Origin: Malacoraja senta
Lineage: Eukaryota
Length of the DNA: 64,000 bases
Direction: 5' to 3'
Assembly (NCBI GenBank): GCA_038087875.1
Contig: JAXLNO010000270.1
Coordinates: 186,001 to 250,000, forward strand
Shown here piece after piece: positions 47,401 to 58,225 of the stretch. A model generated the notes under the pieces. It did not search any database. It was not told the origin of the DNA and saw only the letters and a list, made by a program, of their open reading frames with translations. The stretch's first letter is position 1; each line of letters begins with the position of its first letter. The translations under genes were made by a program, and so were the position numbers.

Positions 47401-49709
47401 ATGTACATAAATGCTTGATTAATGTAAGACATATCCTAATCCAATTTAAAATTGTACATAGACAATATTACGCGAAAACCAAACTGAATACAATTTTTCA
47501 AAATGTTTCCCCCATCGGTGATAAATGTATATCTCAAGATGCAACTATAGCACACTCCTTCGTCTCCTGCATAAAACTCCATAAATTTTGGAAAGAAATC
47601 TTTGAAATCTTCACAAAACTATTTAAAATAAAATTGGACCCCAACACAGAATTGATTATTTTCGGAACAATGGAAACCTGCTCTGAGCTAACTTCATTTC
47701 AAAATAGTTTCCTTACCTATGGCTTGATAACGGCAAAAAAACTTATACTCAAATTTTGGGAAAAAATGCACACACCCCAACGCTTAAAATGTGGATCACA
47801 AGCATGTCTGAAACGTTACATCTCGAAGATATGAGACTCGTCCGAGCAGGAAAATCAGAGCAATTCTTAAAGATATGATCTCCTTTCATTGATTTATTAC
47901 AAGAATAATATGGTGCAACATAACTTTGGAAATTAACCGTTTCAGAACTGGGTGAGGGGTGTAGAAAGATATGAAGTGGGTATATCCCTTTTCTTTTCTG
48001 TCTGTTTTTTTCCCCCCTTCTTTAATTATTATTATTTTTTGTTTTATTTTCTTTTTCCTTTCTTTTTTCCTCTTTTTTATATCACTATGGGTTCTTTCTC
48101 TCTCTCCTTCCACGAACTATCAATTGCTAACTCCTGGAGTGGTACTCCAGGGGTTTACACATCACTACTTTCCTTAATCTTCTCTTTTCTCTCTTTTTCT
48201 TGCTTCTGTTATTTCTCTATTGTTAAATTTAAAACAAGATGTTGTACACGAAATGTATTAAGTTATATGCCACGGTTTATATTACTGTACATTGCTTCCA
48301 ATAAAAATATTAATTAAAAAAAAAATTGATGGTATTATGATGTTTATAGGTCGACCAAGTCTGCGCGCGCGCCTCTAAACTCGTAGTTCTATCACAAAAT
48401 AGTTCAAAGCAATCTATAGTCACTGCCACACGCTTGCCAAATATTCACCGAAATTGCACGGACATGGTCTTCCACAGAACATCTCTTTCAGGCCAAATAA
48501 TTAACTTGGATATGCCGTAAGGGGCATCAATCTCAGTATTGAATACACGCGATATTGTGGAATCACTTACAAGGAATCGATACGCAAGGTCTTCACGAGA
48601 CATTGCAAGTCGGAGCTTTATCAAGACGACCAGCAACTGCTTAAAATGTGTTAGTGAATGGCTATTGGGGAGCTTGTCCTTAACATAATTGAAGACCAGC
48701 ATCAACATGGCAAGCGTTGGTAAACCCGTGTAGAACCTAACCTTTTCCTAGTCATTGGAAATACTTTCTTGAGTATATTTACTTTGGGTTGCTTCTTGTC
48801 TTGCTTTAGTGAGCTCTTTATTGTCTGTTTGTGCTTCCAGTACCGTTATGTCTGCTGCACACATGTCGGTTTGTGTTGATGTGTCTATTGTCTCTTTGAC
48901 TGGTGTTTGTGTATCCATTCAAGTTGATGGTGTACTTGCAGCTCCGGTTCACTGTTCTCATAATCATTAACCTGTTCAGCAACATCTTGCAGAGCTACGG
49001 ATGCTTGAGCTGCGGTAAAATCTGCCTTCATACTCTCTCTTCATGTCGCACGCTCATGGCATTCTTGTGCACGATGTCTATCTTGCTCATTGTCATCACC
49101 GAGTCCCATGTTCACAGTTGGTGCCCAATCAAGATTGGTAACATCGTTCCATGCTGCAAGCTTTTCTGTAATGAAATAATAAATATATAAATGAATGTGA
49201 ATAATTTTGTTGGTATTAAACCAAAAAAAGAGATATATATTTTGGCAAATAATAAAATGTCCTGACAGCTTATACACCCACTTCCTTTCAAAGATATTGT
49301 CAATTTGCCGAGGTTGATTATGTCCAATTAACAGCTAACAATGATGCCATTCCTTGGCTTGCCTCTTTTTGCACGTAAAAACCCTCTTGGGAACCATGGG
49401 CGATTTTAAAATGTTACAGATATATTTATCACTTCTGAAACGTATTAGATACCAAATGATTCAAGAAAAAACACAAATAATGCCTTACTGCTGATGACAT
49501 GCAGTGAGCAAACGCGATAATTCCCAATATTTTACAATCTTGATATCTGCACGGCCACTGTTCGCCAACCAATTTTGCTGTTGTTGTACGTTCAGCTCTC
49601 GCTTCTCGTTACCTTAATTTCCCTTCACTTTTGGAATTCTGTAGTAGGATAAATGTCTTTCACGGTTACCCCGATTTCCACAATTATTGAAAGCACAAAC
49701 ATTTACCAT
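41435..49709 (-). pseudogene. THAP plus DDE_Tnp_4 transposase, split by an L1 (41890-48325), with a putative intron at 49166-49488
   Basis: MVNVCAFNNC..YYRIP..RVCSLH and DWAPT (THAP). QLLVVLIKLRLAMSREDLAYRFLVS (HTH). [26 protein letters not shown] joins across the L1. GDVILANRGF and RNHVGRV show catalytic D and E altered. Confidence 0.85.
41890..48325 (+). mobile_element. Full-length but decayed L1-clade LINE (~6.4 kb)
   Basis: 5' GGGGACTTCCGG. ORF1 from 42089 (coiled coil, RSRRQNLRIVG). About 1.1-kb spacer. ORF2 from ~44159 (SWNIRG, GGDFN, PGPDGF, YADD). AATAAA plus poly(A). Imperfect TSD agaatttgatgg (41878-41889) and aaaaattgatgg (48321-48332). Confidence 0.92.
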
Positions 49710-50215
49710 TTCGTCGTTTTTTAACAAGTAAGAAAATACGCGTTTCGTGTATTAACAACGTATGCCAGATGCTGGGATATCCTCCACATGAATTGAACAG
49801 CTCCGTGCGTCACGCCCTTTGACCCGATCACGTTACGTGCAACCCCCTATAACAATAATGTGGATGAACAAATATTATGCCAAATTTGTAAATATGCAGA
49901 TGGCGTAAAAGTAGTTGGCATCTTCGTGAGTGACGATGGTTATCGAGAAGTATACCAAGAATCTAATTAGTTGGGGAAGTGAGTAGTGAAATGCAAATGG
50001 TGTGTATAACACCGTGTATTACTTTTGGGAAGTCAGACCAGGGCATTACTTTCGTAGTGAGTGGTTGGAAACTGGTCGGCGTGAGGTGTAGAGAGATCGA
50101 GAAGTACACGTGCACAGTTTCCTGACAGTGTCAGGAAACTATGCACGTGCTCAATGAGGTGCTGAATATGATTATTGTGACTTTGGCCTTCATCAGTCAG
50201 AGAATTCAAGATAGA

Positions 50216-51566
50216 AGGTAGACAAAGTTGCTGGAGAAACGCAGTGGGTGCGGCAGCATCTATGGAGCGAAGGAAAGTAAGTAAGTAAGTAAGTAAGTAC
50301 ATTTTATTTATAAATTACGTTTAAATCAACTCGCGTTGAAATCAAAGTGCTTTACATAGAATAAATAATTAAGTTTCCGTACATCCATAGAAAATTAAAA
50401 AAAGCAAAATGACACAACACATTATAGAATTCAACATGAACGACCCCCCACAGCAGAATCAAAATGTTCCACTGTGAGGAAAGGCACTGGAAAGTTCAGT
50501 CCTCTTCCTCTGTGATCACCCGAGTCGGAGCCTATTTGTGGCCTCCGCAGCCAGTCCGATGTTTTCAGGCCCCCTTGTCGCGAAGATGGGACTCCTGCGT
50601 CGGGTGAACACTCCTCAGCGGCTTGGAAATGTCTAGAGCGGCAGCTTCCTCCACGGAGACCGCGGCACCCGAAGTCGTCAGGCCGCGCTGGTTGGAGCTC
50701 CGACTCTGGCGATCTCGGATCCCAGGCTCCGCGGTGTTGTAAATCCAGCGCCGCCCGCGGCTGGACGCCCGCAGCCACAGCTCCACGGATGTTGGAGTCG
50801 TCGGTCACAGCACTCCGGAGCTTACCGCACGGCGATCCGGGTAGGGCATCGCCCGCTCCGTGATGGTGTCCAAATGCTGTGCCGCCGCAGAAGCTGGGGT
50901 TCCGGCCGGTCCCGACAGGAAACGCCGCTCCAGTCCGATCGTAGACCGCGAGGAAGGGCGAAGAAGCAGCTCGTAGGGAAGCCGCCTCTCCAACCAGGTA
51001 GGGACTAGGAAAGAAAGTTTCCCCTCCCCCCCACCCACTACATAAAAGAAGACCTCCAAATAGGCAACGTTTCGGGCCGAAACCCTTCTTCAGATTGATG
51101 CAGGGTGCGGGGGGGAGCGGGAAGAAGAAAGGAAGAGGAGGAGCCAGAGGGCTGAGGGAAAGCTGAGAAGGGGAGGAGACAGCAAGGGCTACCGGAAATC
51201 GGTGAAGTCAATGTTCAGGCCACCGGGGTGTAAACTTCCAAGCGGAATATGAGGTGCTGCTCCTCCAGTTTCCGGTGGTGCTCACTCAGGCAATGGAGGA
51301 GGCCCAGGAGAGTAAGGTCCGATTCGGAATGGGAGGGGGAGTTGAAGTGCTGAGCCACAGGGAGATCATGTTGCTTAATGCGGACCGAGCGGAGGTGTTC
51401 GGCGAAACGATCGCCAAGCGTACGCTTGGTCTCACCGATGTAGACATCGGTCACCTAAACGTTGCCTGTTTCCTTCGCCCCATAGGTGCTGCCACACCCG
51501 CTGAGTTTCTCCAGCAATTTTGTCTACTTTCGATTTTCCAGCATCTGTAGTTCCTTCTTGAACAAT
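50216..51566 (-). mobile_element. 5'-truncated Penelope copy (GIY-YIG end plus pLTR) with inverted pLTR arm and 13-bp TSD
   Basis: ORF 51215-51454 YIGETKRTLGDRFAEH. Plus-strand pLTR arm ~51457-51564. AATTCAAGATAGA at 50203-50215 and 51567-51579. Confidence 0.85.
50277..51057 (-). mobile_element. GC-rich non-autonomous retroposon with L2-like 3' end and (TTAC)n tail, inserted in the Penelope pLTR
   Basis: The pLTR sequence aaggaaa|taggcaacgtttcggg is split by it. Its minus 3' end reads TGTAAAGCACTTTG...AATAAAATG(TACT)n. Confidence 0.7.
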
Positions 51567-52599
51567 AATTCAAGATAGATGTTGGAACGTTATGTTAAGT
51601 TGTACAAGACGTCGGCGAAACCGCACCTGGAGTATTGTGCTCCTATTTGGTCACGCAGAATAGGAAATATACCAATAAGTTGCAAGTAAACTTAGAGAGG
51701 ATTTACGATCATGTTGCTAGGGTTCTAGGTTCTGAGATGGAGGAAGAGTATGGACACGACAGCACTTTATTTCTTGGAGGGCAGGAAAGCGAGTGGTGAC
51801 GTATAGATGTGTATAGTCCATGCAGGCAACAGGAACAATTACAATATTTCAAAGAAAATTGGACAGGTATATGGAGAGGAAGGATTCAGAGAGGTATGTC
51901 ATAAGGTCATAAGAGAAAAGAGTAGTATGAAGCCATTCTCCCCATCAAGTTTACACTATTCAATCATGGCTGAGCTATCTCTTCCTCTTAACCCCAATCA
52001 CATGCCTTCTCTCCATAACCTCTGCACCTGGACTAATCAAAAATCTACCTATCTCTGCCTATAAAATGTCCACTGACTTGGCCTCTACAGTCTTCTATGG
52101 CAAACAATTCCACATATTTACCACCCTCTGACGAAATACATTTGTATCACCTCCTTCCTAAAATAACGTCCTTTAATTCTGAGGTCATGACTTCTAGTCC
52201 TAGACTCTCCCACTGATGTAAACATCATCTCCCCATCCACTGTATCCAATTCTTTCATTATTCTGTATGTTTCAACGAGGTTGCCCCGTTCATATAGTTT
52301 ATTTAGTGACAAGTAGGACTAGTTTAGATGGAGCATTGACTGACCTCTGATGTAGATTTCCGTACATGTCAGTAAGAGCATCCTGTGCTAGCAGTGTGAG
52401 CCAGATGCATTATTTACATATACCCGCTGCTTCAAAACGGCCTGTGCATTGTTTGGCTAACGAGAAACCACTCAAGCCTAGCCTGGAGATCAGAATAATT
52501 GCATATAAATGGGCGTTGAATTTGCTCAACATTTTCAGGGTAAAAAGATGATGAAAAAACAGATTGTGCATTAGTCTGTTTCTTAATATCTGTCTTAAC

Positions 52600-53088
52600 C
52601 AGACTGATTCCTGGGATGTCAGGACTTTCATATGAAGAAAGACTGGATAGACTTGGCTTATACTCGCTAGAATTTAGGAGATTGAGAGGGGATCTTATAG
52701 AAACGTACAAAATTCTTATGGGGTTGGACAGGCTAGATGCAGGAAGATTGTTCCCGATGTTGAGGAAGTCCAGGACAAGGGGGTCACAGCTTAAGGATAA
52801 GGGGGAAATCCTTTAAGACCGAGATGAGGAAAAACTTTTTCACACAGAGAGTGGTGAATCTCTGGAACTCTCTGCCACAGAGGGTAGTTGAGGCCAGTTC
52901 ATTGGCTATATGTAAGAGGGAGTTAGATGTGGCCCTTGTGGCTAAAGGGATCAGGGGGTATGGAGAGAAGGCAGGTACGGGATACTGAGTTGGATGATCA
53001 GCCATGATCATATTGAATGGCGGTGCAGGCTCGAAGGGCCGAATGGCCTACTCCTGCACCTATTTTCTATGTATCTATGTATCTATGT
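52600..53088 (+). mobile_element. Young 5'-truncated CR1 3' end
   Basis: ORF 52616-52816 [30 protein letters not shown]. Nearly the reverse complement of 8140-8612. (TCTATGTA)n tail. Confidence 0.9.
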
Positions 53089-53399
53089 CTCAGATTATTA
53101 ATGGGTCTGTTTCAGTTTTCATGTGTGCTTGGTTTCCACACCACGACGGAACACATACTCGGTTGGATTACTTGATATAACAGGCCGCAAGAATAGTATC
53201 TGATAACAAGATACCAAAATTTCAACCCAATCTAATGAAATTGTTATTTACATTCAGACCGAACTTACTGTCCGGTCTGTGGGTATGAATTGACATCTAC
53301 TTGTCGACTGATATGAAGTAGCTCCATGAACAACGAACTGCAGTGGTGTGCCAGAGAGAGGTATGTACCACTTTTAACCATTATCAGTTAAGATTAATA

Positions 53400-56262
53400 T
53401 CTATCCATACATAACTATAAATCTGATCTTGTTATCTACCGGTTTGGCGGTCATTCTACTTGCGCAAAAACGTTACTATTTTCGCCCGCTTACTCACCGT
53501 TCTCCTGTGTTGCGATTGACCCAAATTTCGTACCGATCGGTGGAAGCTGATAAGAGTTATCGGGGTTTAAATATCTTAAAAACCGCGCGCGCGCAGATCG
53601 ATTACCTCTCCTGCCATTTAGTGCCGCGCGGATTGGTCCCTGCTATTGTCATTACGCGGGACGATCCGCCACTTCCTGCGTCATTGCGTCTTCACTGCAG
53701 CTGCGGGAGGCTCAGGTTAGCCGGCGGAGGTCTCCGGCCGTTTACAACTTTCGGAGGGAGGGACCGGTAACGGCGGCCCGGCCCCGCCCAGCCCATTCCA
53801 GCCCAGCCCAGCCCAGCGCGGAAACGGACATGGCACCGATGTCACCAAACGGAAAGCTGAGATTCTGATCCCGACGGATGAGAACGACCAACGCAGCGAC
53901 CAGCGAAGCAACCAACGGCCAGCGTCCAGCGGCCACCGACGAGCGAACAGCGCCCGCTGTGAATCTCCATCGCACCGCCAACCTCTTACGCTCTGGTCCC
54001 CCTCGCTGGCTCCGGCCACCCTCCCCGTGATACCGCACTTACCCTCATGGCTCTTTCAACGTCTTTTCTCCGAGCTCTCTCCCCACTGCCATCCCTGACC
54101 CCACACCCCCTCCCCGCCCACACACCACTCCCACCCACAACGCACACCGACCCCACATCCCCCACCCCCAAACCGCTCCCCCCGCACCTGTCACCACAAG
54201 AAACACTCCCCCTCACACCCCTCCCTCCCCACACCATTCGCTCCCCACACCCTCCCCCCTAAAGCCTCTTCCCACACCCTTCCCTAAACAGCACCCCCAC
54301 AACCTGCCCACCCCCAAACACCCCCTCTCCCCCACAATTCCCCCTCCCCCGATAACTACCCCCTATCCCACAATCCTCTCCCCCCACAACCACCAAGCTC
54401 ACCCTACAACCCCCTCTCCGCCCACAACATCGCTCTCACCCCACAACCCCCCTTACCCGACAGCCCCCTCTCCCCACACACCCCACCACCACCCAGAAAC
54501 CCTCCTTCAGAAGACACCCTGCCTACAACCATTTACTGCCCACAACAACCCTCACCCAACAACCCCCCGCCCACACACACACCTCCCCTCCACACTCCCA
54601 CCCCCACACACACCCCTCCCACAAACCACCCCCGCTCCCCACCCATATACTCCATCCGATCCACACCGCGCCCACACAGACCCCTTCCCGCACATCCCCC
54701 TCCCAAACACACATCCCTCCTCACCCCACCATCGCAATCCCCTTCCGGTCACATGCACACCTCCCTGCCCACATATACACCCCTCCCACCCCACACTACC
54801 CCACCGTGATGACTAGGACCCCACTTAATCTAGCTTTGACCTTGTTCTCTTCCGGTTGCGCGGTCAATCTACTTGCGCAAGAACGTTACGCGTAAGCGCT
54901 ACGATTTTTCGCCACCTTGCTCAGCGTTCTCCTGCGCTGCGATTGCACCAAGTGTCTTTCAGATCGGTGGTCTAATGTAATCTAGCGCAGATCGATCACC
55001 TGTACTGCCGTTCAGCGCCGCGTGGATTTCTCCTGTCACTCCGCGGAACAGTCCACCCCTTACTGCGCCATCGCGCCTTTACTGCAACGGTAGATGGCCG
55101 GCGGAGGTTTCCAAATGGACACCATTTTTGGAATCACAGGAAACGGCCCTGCCCGGCACTGGAAATCTCGCCAATCGGAAAGCGGAGAATCTGGTCTCGG
55201 CAGAGGAGAACAACCAGCGACCAGCGACCAGCAACCGGTGTGCGTCCGCTCTAGCCACTTCGGCTCTCGACCACCTCGCAGGCTCCTGCCCCCTCCCCGT
55301 GACACCAGCCACAACACCCGTATATTCTCCGAGCTCTCTCCCCCCCCCGTCCTCACTACACCCCCCGCGCCCATACCACGCTCTCCCTCCACCGCGCACC
55401 CCACCACCCCGGGCCCACAACCCCGCAACCACCCCGCAACACCCCCACCCCCGCACAACCCCCCCCCCTGCCCCCCGCCCACACACCCCTCTCCCCGTAC
55501 ACACAACCCCGCCCACATCCCCCTCTCCCACACCCCCTCTCCTCCACATCCCACTCCCCCACACACCCATCTCCCCAACACACAGCCCTCCTCCATACTA
55601 CCTCTCCCGCCCCCCGCCCGCGCACACCGCCTCCGCCCCGCGCCCACACCCACCGGCCCACAGCCCCCTCCACCCGTCCACACCACCTCCACTCACACAC
55701 CCCCAAACACCCCCTCCCCCACACACCCCCTCCTCACCCGTACCCCACAACTCCCTTCCCCCTCAACTCCTCTCCCCCACATCTCCCTCTCCCTCACACA
55801 CACACCCGCCCCACCTACAACGCCGCCCACACAACCCCTCCCACACAAACAACCCTCCCCCCACACACACACCCTCCCCCACACACCATCTCCCCCAAAT
55901 GCTTCCCGCCCACACCACCCCACCCCCCCCCCACACCATCAGCAGCGCATGCGCAGTAACACCTGCGTGTTCTACGTCACACTTGGAACCCAATGGGCGG
56001 GAATGGCTGCGCCGCCGGAGAGCCGCTGAGAGTGGATTGGGGTCTTTGAGCGGAGATGGAGTGAGTGCGTGGGGGCGGAAGGGCAAGAAGCGCAGAGGGG
56101 GGGTGAGGGGAGGAGGGGGGTTCAGGGACACCGCAACGGGAATCCGTCATCCGCGCCTGCGCAGTTCGGTCTATTTGTGAGTGGTGGAATTACACATTGG
56201 GGGAAATGCATTCGTAGGGGGGACGGGTGAGTGGTGGACGCAGCGCATCCCACTTAGTCTAA
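53400..56262 (+). mobile_element. Tandem pair of related non-autonomous Helitron-like elements (53400-54833, 54834-56262) with C-rich interiors
   Basis: Starts A|TCTATC. Unit 1 ends CCCACTTAATCTAG and unit 2 ends CCCACTTAGTCTAA|T. The 5' regions are homologous (tctacttgcgcaa.aacgttac, gcgcagatcgat). Confidence 0.65.
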
Positions 56263-56474
56263 TAAGGAATAAATGCACCTGCAGTTGCCATGCTTACCGT
56301 CGTCAATTGAGCAAAACGATGCAATTCGTGTTCATGGCAGATGAGAATAATTATGGATATTGAACGAATATTAACCCGTTACTGTCAAACACCTACAATA
56401 ATGCAAAATAAAACCATCTATACAGTCGGGGAGAAAATGTAAAACATATGGTTCAAGATTAAATGACTTCATTT

Positions 56475-56610
56475 CACTGGTCTGAAGAAGGGACTCGACC
56501 CAAATTGTCACCCATTTATTCACTCCAGAGATGCTGCCTGTCCCACTGAGTTACTCCATTATTTTGTGTCTATCTTCGGTTACCATTAGCATCTGCAATT
56601 CCTTCCTACT
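56475..56610 (+). mobile_element. Solo Penelope pLTR end with degenerate hammerhead motif
   Basis: ggtCTGAAGAagggactcgaccc.aaattgtcaccc...gagatgctgcctgtcccactgagttactcc. Confidence 0.6.
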
Positions 56611-56616
56611 CATGTA

Positions 56617-56862
56617 ACTGCTTATCCAGACCGATCACAGACCGTACTGTTAATTTCACTGCTCAACCAGACACATCACTGACCACACTGATAATATCAC
56701 TGCTTATCCAGGCCGATCACTGCCGCACTCATAAAGTCACTGTTTATCCAGACCCATCACAGACCACACTGAAAATGTCACTGCTTATCCAGACACATCA
56801 CTGATCACACTAATATTTTCAACTGCTTATCCTGACCCATCAATGACCACATTGACAATGGC
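56617..56862. repeat. ~41-bp minisatellite, 6 units
   Basis: Consensus approximately actgcttatccagacccatcactgaccacactgataatgtc. Confidence 0.8.
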
Positions 56863-57274
56863 ATACAAATGTAATTCATTTGATAGCCCACACCCATTCC
56901 TAGCACAACTCACTGAACAACCAGTTATCCAGTTCAATCGCCCACTGAATATCTTGGACGTAGATGTACACGGTAAGTTTGATGATTACTCCAAGACTGC
57001 TCCCGCCACAGAATGTCAGAGAACCAGTCAAAGTGTAGGGTTGGAAATATATTATCCACAGAAACGGGGGAGAAATTGCAGATGCAGTTGAACCTGAGCA
57101 ACTGTGAGATGTTGCACTCTGGCAGCTCAACTGTAAGTGGAAAATATGTAATTAATGGCATGACCATATACAACATTGATGTATAAAGTGATCTGTGGTC
57201 CTAGTCCATAACTCCCTCACAGTGGGAAGACAATTAGATAGTGTTTTAAAGAAAGCATGTGGTAGCCTTCCTTT

Positions 57275-57820
57275 TATTTAATATAGAAGTAAGCAAGACC
57301 GACTTCGGGAAACGAAACGGTATACATACCCCAGAATAAATTGACGGCCGCGAAGTAGAAATGCTTCACAGTTTCAAGTTTCTGGGAGTAAATATCACCA
57401 GTAACTTGCCCTGGACAATCCACATGGAAACAACGTCCTAGAAAACAGACCGACGCTTCTACTTCCTTAGAAGTCTTAGGAGGTTCGGCAAGTTCCCAAC
57501 AACTCTCACGAACCTCTGCAGAACCTCTACAGATGCCCCGTGGAAAGCATTTTCTCGGGATGCAAAATAGCATGCGTTGGGAACAGCTCCATCCAAGACC
57601 GCAAATATTGTAGAACTTTGTGGACGCTGTCCAGACAATCACACAAAGCAGCCCCTCACCCATTGACTTCACGCTGCCTCAGCAAGGCCACCTGAAAAAT
57701 CAAGGACCTGTCTCACACTGGTCACTCTATCTTCTTTCCTTTTCCATCATGCAAGAAGTACAGTGATAACACGCATACCTCCAGATTCAGGGACAGTTTA
57801 TTCCCAGTTGTTATCAGGAG
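57275..57820 (+). mobile_element. Rex1/Babar-like LINE RT C-terminal remnant
   Basis: Translates across frameshifts as SFKFLGVNITSNLPWTIH..FYFLRSLRRFG..YRCPVESI. Confidence 0.65.
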
Positions 57821-57829
57821 ACCGAAGAT

Positions 57830-58225
57830 TTGCGGAGAGCCGCCAGTGTGAATCTCCGCGCAGCGCGGCCTGTGGACCTCGGGAGCCGAGGACTCCTGTA
57901 AGAAGTGGACGGTTCGGAGGACCAAGCCGCTGAGGATGTTCTCCCGTTCCGACGTCGGAGTTCCATCATCACGGCGAGCGGGTCTGAACATCGGGCAGCC
58001 CATAGCGGCGACCACGAAGGGCTCGGGTGGCCCCGACCACGGGAGAAAAACAGAGGACAACAGACGAGGAAGACTGAACTCAGGTGCCTTCCCTCACAGT
58101 GGGAATCTTTGATACCGTTGTGTGGGGATGCTTATGTGAAAGACTATCATGTTCATTGTTCTTTATTTTATTCGTGTGGCTGTATGCTGGCCACACATTT
58201 CTCTGTACCAATAAATGTCTCGTCT
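57830..58225 (+). mobile_element. Partial GC-rich non-autonomous retroposon
   Basis: tgccttccctcacagtgggaatctttgat..tgtgggg matches the reverse complement of 50440-50490. Ends ccaataaatgtctcgtctc. Confidence 0.5.

Larger units (their letters stand above)
39874..49848. mobile_element. ISL2EU (PIF/Harbinger-related) DNA transposon remnant with two convergent genes, interrupted by an L1
   Basis: YqaJ-PHD gene (+) faces a THAP-DDE_Tnp_4 transposase (-). Probable right terminus CACGTTACGTGCAACCCCCT followed by AT at 49849-49850. Left end not found. Confidence 0.8.
49860..52330. mobile_element. Old CR1 fragments hosting a Penelope insertion
   Basis: aaatatgcagatg (FADD-region), ggccttcatcagtcag and ccgcacctggagtattgtg on plus. 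Minus CR1 3' piece at ~51900-52290. Confidence 0.65.

Noticed and set aside
55060..56180. Long ORFs of 210-350 aa rich in P/H/T or G/V
   Set aside because: These arise from stop-poor C-rich low-complexity sequence inside a Helitron-like unit. Open in several frames with no domain motifs.
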